Assembly: GCA_030650425.1 (NCBI GenBank)
Contig: JAUSED010000003.1
Coordinates: forward strand, 263,903 to 327,902
Source of the DNA: Candidatus Omnitrophota bacterium
GTDB taxonomy: Bacteria > Omnitrophota > Gorgyraeia > Gygaellales > Profunditerraquicolaceae
DNA length: 64,000 bases
Direction: 5' to 3'
Shown: positions 41,001 through 50,333 of the stretch, one piece after another
How positions within the stretch are numbered: position 1 is the first letter of the stretch
How the letters are laid out: each line of letters starts with the position of its first letter
The notes under the pieces: generated by a model
What the model saw: the letters and a program-made list of their open reading frames with translations, nothing else
Databases searched by the model: none
What the model was told of the DNA's origin: nothing
Made by a program: the position numbers and the translations under genes

Positions 41001-41525
41001 GTAGTTTTCAGGAATAAAAATGATCTGCAGGGATTTGTGCGAGAGTTGAGTGCGTGTGAACTTGGCACTTATCAGGTTGAGCCGTTACCAGTAACAGTAT
41101 TTACAGATTTTTTTAGGAATGCTGAAGATTTTGCGCGACGTTCCTCTGTTAGTTCTGCGATAGATGAGACTCAGAAGACTCCCGGCGGTATCGACTTCCG
41201 CGTTCTGCCTATGACTATCCAGCCAATGGGAAGCTTTACCGGTTTAAACTTTAAGCTGCCACAGCTAACGCAAAGAGAGTTGGCCAAGATGAATATTGAT
41301 TTAGAGATACAGCAGATTCAGAATATGGCTTCCTCCGGTATCCTTCCTTCTGGCCGGCGAATCAAAGAATTAATCGCCGCTTGTGTGCAAAAGAAGGAGA
41401 TTACTGCCCGCGCGGATAATCTCTTGCTCTGCCTTATAGATATCTGTAAGCTGGAAGAAGAGAACGCCTATGATACCGAGCCGGAGATGAAAGAGGCATT
41501 GGTAATAGTAGATTCAGTTAGCTAA
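35046..41525 (+). CDS. giant (2159 aa) secreted modular protein: signal peptide, N-terminal domain, array of modules joined by xSP/SSA linkers (one is a REC domain), GGIDF C-terminal domain
   Basis: open 6480-nt ORF with AGGAGG RBS; Sec signal MRSLRKVLSLALILSLLFQQIGFA; about 15 recurring junction motifs; receiver domain ILIVDDD...DLVLSDYNMP...VMLTG. Confidence 0.9.
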   Translation: MRSLRKVLSLALILSLLFQQIGFAQIASELNIAGYLSRMSSNLSVEKFRPAHLRYFSYNSLNDNFKVLLDKGDSPTSRGHFPSGLSGNSLKESVPWDKAKLQSETQTLLSYFLIGVTLPDSMFWVNLRPDSEDQIIDQYLEKTDVGRIMLEADLQLKKDTAQMTSPATPEGREYWDRLYKKAADLYGYDNVTIPTLTRPWIVPGEIIVRESKDSAYIYKATLKVMLEQDYLKSSKLQALSSQSDYSFKDIRSKALNEYSTQLIKELIIPKLTKEVNSSKRYAPLRQVYYSLILSRWFKQKFRGLSKPAGDIFRQGSHEATQRKVSLAFVNLIDTKNLTNLISKDSWSKTDYFKQYQKSFSSGEYNIQESVYTPTGQVIRSYFSGGIQMDGAGSPINNPVGFTNLADKGDRFYKISRGANLIGMEGNFRTGIKLSAGSLVELTVEEKNKVLEISSILTGINEATLTNSAKIGEIREKLGEVPLMGRVDYIFSYVPGSQMTQMKKVIIQTRIKVLRNSIVADVDKRLSELLKGFREIKGISGSPVELTPEDRRQIEEILGPIDEVRGITDYNRISPIEGRLKTEIPMQKIILYAQEFLSPDHDPSPLPVNRRVILAIKSIVLLRTIIGESIKESTLAVTNARFIEELAQVRANMSNGVALLAGYNTFISRLQLPDEFVHLRLFSDSIIETFNQIKQIFDAKSSNSPVNPKELKRLETAIANVAGSISPEKRMEALERDLKGFPLTVLRVKKEEMESNTGNHNNDDALYSALCNIIADKENPSSPNNDNLLGDGSIRQKLESVTPATALDRDAMIAKIEELSKISSFSLEEYKRSVARNPAIDKRRRLIQIELLGAAIEKKKSKNNKPEASSGSPVDRITKEEAEAWLSHNIKIPEKVDLNTGIGNHPKEFSLNKKRIKEAIYPFLMSLPRSVEPEKFEFTFELSSVWVLTIRVRYGGETKTNPLVFRFYYPYIEANKFDSEKLADVENTIIEEIKRDFVYRIFGHFYGEPWKPIEEFIQISWNKTNDNSNLYLGKQYQGGLKPDSFLAKGSHVKKYGNDTPVVDFMELLDAWLQEGEAVFSVPEATPEETRKQAEQNLAFFKLYFNRDLSGSPDQKFNSSPIEKSDSKPIILIVDDDENIRWMIKNELRKQGFEPDQLLEAESGEEALKILNKQRIDLVLSDYNMPSGINGGELYVKMSKSAALNKIPFVMLTGDPDSVRKELKLPEGVQILNKFASFAEVIYPVMLSLINDKERKPAVGSLTETSKENNPVNSPIFKTKFSANEFTSKEGLIQDLKKLDGFLKGKEGNGELVFTLKWLEWISLDRSWREGLIDLPDTSDFILNFAKFIHLYLSETGIGNVSLKDKLNIANKLWVRHLEFIDKSGQIVPPHQAFYSYRFASEIKTQGEVALRFSVAKSAVEKVRWAVESIPAMRVRLDTLALDTGLSVDEVIEALKTINEKRNDYELQGDILIIPKVTNDYLDFRPFSEEARRLGEALQNFGLPEDVTVIMQSSGLTLEGLKFAVQEANAVKIYRPTLEVRDSKLTFFTYDSKGNPVYPSAEMPLIVQRNTSDSALASSAMQVKDAGLPGLLGEDFSKADVKVMPFVLSRDEIPGKVFSIIEATLKNLEKDFRGILIERRNGLLYAIDKESQGTLPIDKSKSITTLKEILEADYSENQQFTFVWISTSAYSALEIRPKYPLAAGSPTTLEEAVKFLHFLQVNWMRFQIRDEESFKYFEEHDNKLDNVDNRIVYSVPPNKNVAGGFNFVVKDSVEPEQLLERVLNFINGRKIVWSNEKEQKEIAEGITTKLSSLRQASSAMQQVEPVNVRMVEAEEGIIIRGEVVVPAEVKNGQSIMRIRVAGENSVIVLFSLQFYKGTAFVSEILGKRTFLSGTPKIESHAIKFDTIKDILTVETRDPYWNGYEYKADVISSSSAVELKEGNKYSFYGKYGLLRGWEIKINKLFEDGSIEVTLVEPESKAGKASIKNVVFRNKNDLQGFVRELSACELGTYQVEPLPVTVFTDFFRNAEDFARRSSVSSAIDETQKTPGGIDFRVLPMTIQPMGSFTGLNFKLPQLTQRELAKMNIDLEIQQIQNMASSGILPSGRRIKELIAACVQKKEITARADNLLLCLIDICKLEEENAYDTEPEMKEALVIVDSVS
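35276..35332. repeat. GGGGACA...TGTCCCC hairpin element, in-frame copy 1 in the giant gene
   Basis: CAGGGGACATTTTCC...GGAAAGTGTCCCCTG. Confidence 0.8.
35968..36024. repeat. GGGGACA...TGTCCC hairpin element, in-frame copy 2 in the giant gene
   Basis: CAGGGGACATTTTCC...GGAAAGTGTCCCTTG; read in a different frame from copy 1. Confidence 0.8.
36216..41165 (+). repeat. array of about 15 short in-frame junction motifs (consensus about YC-RRY-TCG-SYG-R)
   Basis: copies start at 36216, 36348, 36660, 37146, 37380, 37650, 38367, 38391, 38814, 38853, 39768, 40146, 40485, 40833, 41148; all in the same codon phase. Confidence 0.75.
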
Positions 41526-41527
41526 AG

Positions 41528-41597
41528 GAAAAGGTGACAGTCACGCACTTCGTGACTGTCACCTTTTCTAGTGAGTTAAAAGACGGGGACAGTCCCC
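41528..41597. repeat. REP-like palindromes after the giant gene (may also act as terminator)
   Basis: 18-bp perfect stem GAAAAGGTGACAGTCACG-CACTT-CGTGACTGTCACCTTTTC, plus GGGGACAGTCCCC at 41585-41597. Confidence 0.8.
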
Positions 41598-41652
41598 ATT
41601 TTTTCTAATTATTGCTAACCCAAATAATTTCTGGTATACTAATTTATTAATT

Positions 41653-41729
41653 CGGGGCGTGGCTCAGTTTGGTAGAGCGCTTGGTTCGGGACCAAGAGGT
41701 CGACAGTTCAAGTCTGTCCGCCCCGACCA
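41653..41729 (+). tRNA. tRNA-Pro(CGG)
   Basis: acceptor stem CGGGGCG/CGCCCCG, D arm GCTC..GAGC, anticodon arm CTTGG-TTCGGGA-CCAAG, T arm GACAG-TTCAAGT-CTGTC, encoded CCA. Confidence 0.96.
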
Positions 41730-41731
41730 AT

Positions 41732-42007
41732 ATGATGAAGAAACAAGCGCACGTATATTATTCCGGACAGGTGCAGGGGATTGGGTTTCGTTTTACTGTT
41801 GAGCGGCTTGCCGAAGAGTTGGGTGTAACCGGCTGGGTGAGTAACCTTGGCGACGGCAGAGTGGAGTTACGCGCCGAAGCCAATGAAGATAAGCTTAAAG
41901 ATTTCCTTGCGCAAATCAGCAGTATTTTTAGCCGCTATATTCAGGATGTGGATGTCAGCTGGGAGCCGGCAACAGGAGAGTTTAAGGATTTTGGGGTAAG
42001 ACTTTAG
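41732..42007 (+). CDS. acyP: acylphosphatase
   Basis: GQVQGIGFR, GVTGWVSNLGDGRVE; start must lie downstream of the tRNA. Confidence 0.93.
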   Translation: MMKKQAHVYYSGQVQGIGFRFTVERLAEELGVTGWVSNLGDGRVELRAEANEDKLKDFLAQISSIFSRYIQDVDVSWEPATGEFKDFGVRL

Positions 42008-44525
<2,518 letters not shown>

Positions 44526-44529
<4 letters not shown>

Positions 44530-45146
44530 TATTAGAAACTATTTCCGTAGGCTCGTTGGAAGTTAATTGCTATATTCTGGCGCAAAAAGAAAATTCCCGG
44601 GCGATCGTCATTGATCCGGGAGCCCAAGCCCGGAAGATCAACAAGGTTTTGGATAAATTTAAACTAAAGCCCGCCTTGATTATTCATACACATGGGCATT
44701 ATGACCATATCGGCGCGGATAATGAATTGGGTGTCCAGGTTTACGCGCATAAACTCGACGCGCCGTTATTAAAGGACGCGATGTTGAATATGTCGGGTTT
44801 GTTTAGCTTGCCTTATACGGTTAAATCTGAGATTAAATTACTTGAGGATAATCAGCTTATCGAGTTGGATGGAGTAGAGCTCAAAGTTTTGCATACTCCC
44901 GGGCATACTGCCGGAGGAATTGCTTTAGTGATGCAAAAGCCGGAAAAAGGCATAGCCTTTACCGGAGATACTTTGTTTTGCCATGGTATCGGAAGATCAG
45001 ATTTAGCTAGCGGTAACCAAGCCTTGTTGATTAAGTCTATAAAAGAGAGGCTATTTACTCTACCCGATGATACTAAAATTTATCCCGGGCATGGGAAGTC
45101 TTCTTCAATAGGAGAAGAGAAGAAGAACAATCCCTTCTTGTCTTGA
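44526..45146 (+). CDS. MBL-fold metallohydrolase (glyoxalase II-like)
   Basis: THGHYDHIG, HTPGH, TGDTLF, YPGHG. Confidence 0.93.
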
Positions 45147-45866
45147 GTGATTGCGAGTTCCCGCCGAATGTTTATAGAAAAAAATAACTTATCCGAGGTT
45201 TTCTCCGGCATTGCCCCATACTACGATCTATTAAATCATATCTTAAGCTTTAATCGTGATAAGTTATGGAGGATGGAGTTTATAGCTACGGCTGGAATCA
45301 AAGAAAATGCGAGGATCTTGGACCTTTGCACCGGAACCGCGGATATCGCTATTGAATGCGCTAAAAGAAAGAACGCTTGTCAGGTATTCGGAGTTGATTT
45401 TTCAGAGGAGATGTTAAAACAAGCTAGAGATAAAATAAATAGATTAGGCTTAGAGAAACAAATCTATTTGATTAAGGCCGATGTTTTTAAGCTTCCGTTC
45501 CATTCCGATTTCTTCGATCTGGTTTCTATAAGTTTTGGTTTAAGGAATCTTATAGATTATTCTAAAGGCATGGAGAAGATGGCAAATATGTTAAAAAAAG
45601 GCGGGAAGGTGATTATTCTTGAATTTTCTCCGCCTCTGGATAATGCAGCAGGTAGGGTTTATGATTTTTATCTTAAAAAAATGGTCCCTTTAGTTGCGCT
45701 TATCTGTGGAGGTTCAACCGCTGCCTACAAATATCTTTCTTCATCAATCAGCGCATTTCTTTATCCCAAGCAAATTTTGAATTGCATGGAATTAGCAGGT
45801 TTAAAAAATTTATCTATGAAAAAAATGTGCCTTGGGGTAGTTAATGCCTATTATGGAGAAAAGTAA
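45147..45866 (+). CDS. menG: UbiE/MenG family quinone C-methyltransferase (start may be ATG 45168)
   Basis: YDLLNHILSF, LDLCTGTAD, SFGLRN, ILEFS, AYKYLSSSI. Confidence 0.88.
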   Translation: MIASSRRMFIEKNNLSEVFSGIAPYYDLLNHILSFNRDKLWRMEFIATAGIKENARILDLCTGTADIAIECAKRKNACQVFGVDFSEEMLKQARDKINRLGLEKQIYLIKADVFKLPFHSDFFDLVSISFGLRNLIDYSKGMEKMANMLKKGGKVIILEFSPPLDNAAGRVYDFYLKKMVPLVALICGGSTAAYKYLSSSISAFLYPKQILNCMELAGLKNLSMKKMCLGVVNAYYGEK

Positions 45867-46824
45867 TGGAAAAGAAGATAACCTTATCTTAGGAAGGGAG
45901 TTATTGATGAGATTCTTTAAAGAAGTAAAAGCATGGATTCTACTTTCCCGGTTACCATTTCATCTTGTGGGCATATTGCCTTTTATAACCGGATCCATCC
46001 TTTATCTAAAAATAACGAAGACATTTAATTTTCCCGTGTTTCTTTTGGGCGCTATTGGAGTAGTATTGATTATGCTCTCTACTTATTATAACGGAGAGAT
46101 TCATGATATCGAAGAAGATCGCCTCTCGGTAAAGCTGGAGAAAAATTTTTTTTCCGCAGGAAGTCAAGTGCTTGTGGATGGTTTAATTTCTTCAAAGAGA
46201 GTTAAATTAGTCAGTTATGTTGCGATAGGAAGCGCATTTTTTATAGGATTATTGCTTCAGTTTTATTATAAAACCGGCCCTTGGACTATCCCCTTGGGTA
46301 TTACCGGCATAATCACGGGGTTTTACTATTCCAAACCACCCTTTCGCTGGGTAAAAAGAGGGGTGGGTGAATTATTGATAGGTTATAGTTATGGCTGGCT
46401 TCCGGTGGCGGTTGGTTTTTATCTGCAGGCAGGGTTCATTCATCCTCTTGCGCATTGGATTTCTTTACCGATTGCCTGCTCAATCTTTAACGTCATACTG
46501 ATCAATGAATTTCCCGACTATCCGGCGGATATGCAGGTTAACAAAAATAACTTAGTCGTCAAATACGGAAAAGTAAAAGCCACAGCTATTTATATAGCAG
46601 CTACGATAATAGGAATAACTTCATTTATTATTTCTTTGACTAAAGGATTACCGCTAATTACCGGATTATTTTATACACCAATTGGTATTCTTTCTTTCGT
46701 AGCTATATGGATGGTGCTGGAAGGAAGGTTTAATGATCATTGCTTATTGGAACGGACGTGTTTAATTACGCTCTTGATTAATCTGGGCACTTGTCTTGTA
46801 TATATAATAGGGCTGCTTGTATAA
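45844..46824 (+). CDS. UbiA-family prenyltransferase, MenA-like (start uncertain)
   Basis: multiple TM helices, YYSKPPFR, GVGE, INEFPDYPAD..VNKNNL. Confidence 0.85.
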   Translation: MPIMEKSNGKEDNLILGRELLMRFFKEVKAWILLSRLPFHLVGILPFITGSILYLKITKTFNFPVFLLGAIGVVLIMLSTYYNGEIHDIEEDRLSVKLEKNFFSAGSQVLVDGLISSKRVKLVSYVAIGSAFFIGLLLQFYYKTGPWTIPLGITGIITGFYYSKPPFRWVKRGVGELLIGYSYGWLPVAVGFYLQAGFIHPLAHWISLPIACSIFNVILINEFPDYPADMQVNKNNLVVKYGKVKATAIYIAATIIGITSFIISLTKGLPLITGLFYTPIGILSFVAIWMVLEGRFNDHCLLERTCLITLLINLGTCLVYIIGLLV

Positions 46825-46827
46825 TCA

Positions 46828-48048
46828 ATGAAAAATAAGTTATGGAAATTCCCCCTTTCCCGTATTAGCTGGCCCCCGAGTTTATTGATCCGGCAATTAG
46901 GAAGCATATTTTTGTACGCTCATTTATCCAATTGGCGATTTTTTGGAAAATGGATGTGGAATAATAGTTTTCGCTCTATACCCATTGCAGCAGGGGCAAA
47001 AGGCATGGGTTGTATTGGTTATCCGGATCATCCTGCCTGGGAAGTTACCGCGCGTTGTAATTTAAAGTGCCTGCATTGCCATGTAGGCGCGCCAGAGGAG
47101 GAGCAGAAAGAGCTGACAACCGCGGAGGGTAAGAAGCTCATCGAAGAGTTAAGAAAGATAAATGAATTCAGAATGTTGGTTTATACCGGAGGAGAGCCTT
47201 TAGTCCGGCAAGACCTCTTTGAACTTTTAGATTATTCAGCAAACTCGGGTTTTATTAATGTAATCGCTACTAATGCCACGCTGATTACAAAGAAAGTCGC
47301 GCAGGAATTGAAGAAAAGAGGGGCCAGAGGAGCGGCTGTAAGCATTGATTCCCCGGATTCACTAATTCATAACAAAATTCGTAATCATGAAAATGCTTTT
47401 GACCTTGCATTACAAGGGATTAAAGCGCTGGCTGAGGAGAGCATACCTTTACAAATAAATGTTACAGTGATGGAATACAACTTTGAATCTTTAGAGGGAT
47501 TATTGGAGCTGGCCGAAAGTTATAAAGCGATAGTTGTGTTAATCTATCAACTAATTCCAGTGGGCAGGGGTGATGCAATTAGGAGTGCCTCTTTAGATAT
47601 GCAGCAAAACGAGACTTTACTCAAATTTATTCAAAGCAAGCAAAGAGATATCTCTGCTATTCTAGAGCCGGTTGCCGGCCCGCAATATTGGCCGTATTTG
47701 TTCACCATGAAGAAGAATGGAGGGTTTTTGAAGAAATTAGGAGCATCTTTTTTTCATGGATGCTCAGCAGGCGAGGGTTTTGTATATATCAAAGCTAATG
47801 GCGATGTTTGGCCGTGTCCTTTTATTAATATTAACGCGGGAAATGTTCGCGAACAATCTTTTCCAGATATATGGAATAAGAGCGAAGTTTTTCTGCGATT
47901 AAGGGATCGGGAAAACTTACTTCAGGGGAAATGCGGAAGATGTGAATATAAGCGCATGTGTGGCGGCTGTAGGGGAAGGTCTCTGGCGCATAACGGTGAT
48001 CTTTTCTCAGAGGACCCGTCATGTTTTATCAAAGTTCCCAAAATGTAA
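46828..48048 (+). CDS. radical SAM/SPASM domain protein
   Basis: CNLKCLHC, TGGEP, SPASM Cys array GCSAG...PCPF...CGRC...CGGCR...DPSC. Confidence 0.92.
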   Translation: MKNKLWKFPLSRISWPPSLLIRQLGSIFLYAHLSNWRFFGKWMWNNSFRSIPIAAGAKGMGCIGYPDHPAWEVTARCNLKCLHCHVGAPEEEQKELTTAEGKKLIEELRKINEFRMLVYTGGEPLVRQDLFELLDYSANSGFINVIATNATLITKKVAQELKKRGARGAAVSIDSPDSLIHNKIRNHENAFDLALQGIKALAEESIPLQINVTVMEYNFESLEGLLELAESYKAIVVLIYQLIPVGRGDAIRSASLDMQQNETLLKFIQSKQRDISAILEPVAGPQYWPYLFTMKKNGGFLKKLGASFFHGCSAGEGFVYIKANGDVWPCPFININAGNVREQSFPDIWNKSEVFLRLRDRENLLQGKCGRCEYKRMCGGCRGRSLAHNGDLFSEDPSCFIKVPKM

Positions 48049-48098
48049 CGCTTCAAATGAATTGCGTAGCCATTAATTCTTGGGTATAATAGTTTTAT

Positions 48099-48986
48099 AT
48101 GAAAGAGCTAATCGATACTTTCCTAAACTATCTTTCGGTCGAGCGCGGACTGGCTAATAATACGATTATTTCCTACCGCGAGGATTTAAATATGTACCTT
48201 GATTTTATCGAGAAGAGCAATGTCAGCATATTATCCAAAATATCCAAGAACAATATTACTAATTTTATGTTTGACCAGAAAGGCAAAGGAATTGCGGTAA
48301 ATTCCATTGCCCGTCGCCTCGCGGCAATCAGGATGTTTCACCGTTTTCTTACGCGCGAAAGGATCTTAAAAGATGATCCAAGTACTTTGATCGATTCGCC
48401 GAAGCTTTGGAAGAAAATTCCCGATACGCTTACCTTAAACGAAGTAGAGCTTTTGATTGCCCAGCCTAATGCGCGCAGCGCTCAGGGGGCCAGGGACAGG
48501 GCGATTCTGGAGACGCTTTATGCCACAGGAATGCGCGTATCCGAGGCGGTAAATCTGGAAAAGGATAATGTAAATTTAGATATCGGATTTTTACGCTGCA
48601 TCGGTAAAGGAAATAAGGAGCGGGTTATTCCTTTGGGGAAAAAGGCGATAGCCAGTATAAATAGATATTTAGAAACAGCCCGGGGAAAATTCCTGAAAAA
48701 TAAAGAGTCGGAGTTCTTGTTTATCAGCCGTTCCGGCAAAAAAATATCCCGCCAATCGTTTTGGAAAATTATTAAGAAATACGCTAAAGAAGCGCGTATA
48801 AAGAAGCCGATCAAGCCGCATACTTTGCGGCATTCATTTGCCACCCACTTGTTGGAGCGCGGGGCGGATTTACGTTCGGTGCAGGAGATGCTCGGGCATT
48901 CGAATATTTCAACCACTCAGATTTATACGCATATAGATAAAGACAGGCTGAAGAATATACATAGACAGTTTCACCCAAGGCCATAA
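48099..48986 (+). CDS. xerD: site-specific tyrosine recombinase XerD
   Basis: ERGLANNT, LYATGMRVSE, GKGNKER, HTLRHSFATHLL, LGH, TTQIYTH, FHPR. Confidence 0.93.
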   Translation: MKELIDTFLNYLSVERGLANNTIISYREDLNMYLDFIEKSNVSILSKISKNNITNFMFDQKGKGIAVNSIARRLAAIRMFHRFLTRERILKDDPSTLIDSPKLWKKIPDTLTLNEVELLIAQPNARSAQGARDRAILETLYATGMRVSEAVNLEKDNVNLDIGFLRCIGKGNKERVIPLGKKAIASINRYLETARGKFLKNKESEFLFISRSGKKISRQSFWKIIKKYAKEARIKKPIKPHTLRHSFATHLLERGADLRSVQEMLGHSNISTTQIYTHIDKDRLKNIHRQFHPRP

Positions 48987-49004
48987 AAATAATGGATAGG
49001 TAGG

Positions 49005-50324
49005 ATGAAAGAATATTTAGAAAAAATTCCAAAAGAGCTTCAAGAGTTGATTAATAAGGCGCGAGATCTTGCCGCTAAGGAGAGTTTTAAGGTCTATCTG
49101 GTGGGCGGCTTTGTACGCGATTTGATCTTAGGGGTTAAGAATTTGGATTTGGATATAGTTATCGAAAATAACGGAATAAAGTTTGCCGAAGCTTTTGCGA
49201 ATTCCCTGGGAGCCAAGATTACCGTTCATAAACAATTCGGTACAGCTACGGTTTTTGTAAATCCGGATCTAAAAATTGATGGTTCGACTACGCTCACCAT
49301 CAATCCTGAGCGAGTGAAACGAGTCGAACGGATTGATTTTTCTAGCGCAAGATGCGAATTTTACCCAAAGCCTGCTCATTTGCCTGTAGTTAGCCCCGGT
49401 TCCTTAAGGGATGATTTATTCCGCCGGGATTTTACGATTAATGCCATGGCCATAGATTTAAATGACGGGAGGCTCCTAGATTATTTTGGCGGCCAAGTTG
49501 ACCTAAAAAATAAAATTATCCGTATCTTGCATCCTTTAAGTTTTATCGATGATCCAACGAGGATTTTACGGGCAATCCGTTTCGAACAAAGATACAGCTT
49601 TAAAATGGAGCCTAAGACACTAAGCCTGTTAAAAGAAGCAGTAAAAATGAATCTTTTAGGCCGGGTGCATCCTCACAGGTTACGCGATGACTTAATCCTG
49701 ATTCTGAAAGAAAGAAAGCCAATTAAAGAGCTAAAGCGCTTGGAGGAATTAACAGGATTCAGTTTTATCCTACCGACTATGGCCGTCTCCAGAAAAACCT
49801 ATTTATTTCTTATGGTACTTGAGAAGGAAATCAAATGGTTTAATATAAGTGACTCCCGGCGGAGGCCATTGGATATTTGGTTGATTTATCTCATGGGTTT
49901 ACTTGATTCTTTGGATGAAAAAACAGTGAAGAAGATATGCGGGAAATTCGGCTTACGTAGAGGGGAGGAGAAGAGGCTATTAAGTTATAAGCAGTTTAAA
50001 CTTAAAGAGATTAAAGATTTGAGTAAAACTAAAATGAAGCCGTCAAAGATCTACGCATTATTGGAGCCATTAAGTTATGAAGCAATAATTGCCTTAAGGG
50101 CTAAGTATAAGAATCAAATATTTAGACGTAATCTAGCGGATTTTCTGGAAATTTATAACGGTATTCGGATTTTAGTTTGCGGTGATGACTTACGGTGCTT
50201 AGGCCTTCTGCCCGGGCCCAGATACCAGAAGATTTTCAGTCTGGTTTTAAATGCCAAGCTTAACGGTGAAGTCAAAACTAAAGATGAAGAGTTATCTCTG
50301 ATTAGGGGGTTGTTAAGAAAATAG
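49005..50324 (+). CDS. class II tRNA nucleotidyltransferase (CCA- or A-adding) with a 19-aa in-frame insertion
   Basis: VGGFVRD, DLDI, RRDFTINAMA, SFIDDPTRILRAIRFEQR. Confidence 0.9.
   Translation: MKEYLEKIPKELQELINKARDLAAKESFKVYLVGGFVRDLILGVKNLDLDIVIENNGIKFAEAFANSLGAKITVHKQFGTATVFVNPDLKIDGSTTLTINPERVKRVERIDFSSARCEFYPKPAHLPVVSPGSLRDDLFRRDFTINAMAIDLNDGRLLDYFGGQVDLKNKIIRILHPLSFIDDPTRILRAIRFEQRYSFKMEPKTLSLLKEAVKMNLLGRVHPHRLRDDLILILKERKPIKELKRLEELTGFSFILPTMAVSRKTYLFLMVLEKEIKWFNISDSRRRPLDIWLIYLMGLLDSLDEKTVKKICGKFGLRRGEEKRLLSYKQFKLKEIKDLSKTKMKPSKIYALLEPLSYEAIIALRAKYKNQIFRRNLADFLEIYNGIRILVCGDDLRCLGLLPGPRYQKIFSLVLNAKLNGEVKTKDEELSLIRGLLRK
49275..49337. mobile_element. REP/RPE-like palindromic insertion (57 nt) flanked by an ATTGAT direct repeat
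   Basis: ATTGAT-GGTTCGACTACGCTCACC-ATCAAT-CCTGAGCGAGTGAAACGAGTCGAACGG-ATTGAT; removing it restores KIDFSSAR. Confidence 0.8.
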
Positions 50325-50333
50325 GAGTTTTCT

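Noticed and set aside
36216-41165. CRISPR array or DGR interpretation of the giant-gene motifs
   Set aside because: The repeats are only about 12-18 nt and degenerate, the spacers are 24-915 nt and coding, and there is no cas gene, reverse transcriptase or TR/VR pair in the window.
41653-41729. tRNA-Pro as attachment site of a genomic island
   Set aside because: I found no duplicated tRNA 3' fragment, and the genes downstream are housekeeping.
41669-41731. N-terminal extension of acyP in the ORF track (MVERLVRDQ...)
   Set aside because: This is the tRNA-Pro sequence read in frame; the real start is ATG 41732 or 41735.
48099-48986. xerD as the integrase for the cassette array or a prophage
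   Set aside because: It looks like housekeeping XerD, lacks the integron-integrase insertion, lies 6.5 kb away, and has no phage genes or att sites nearby. A role in trans cannot be excluded but has no support here.
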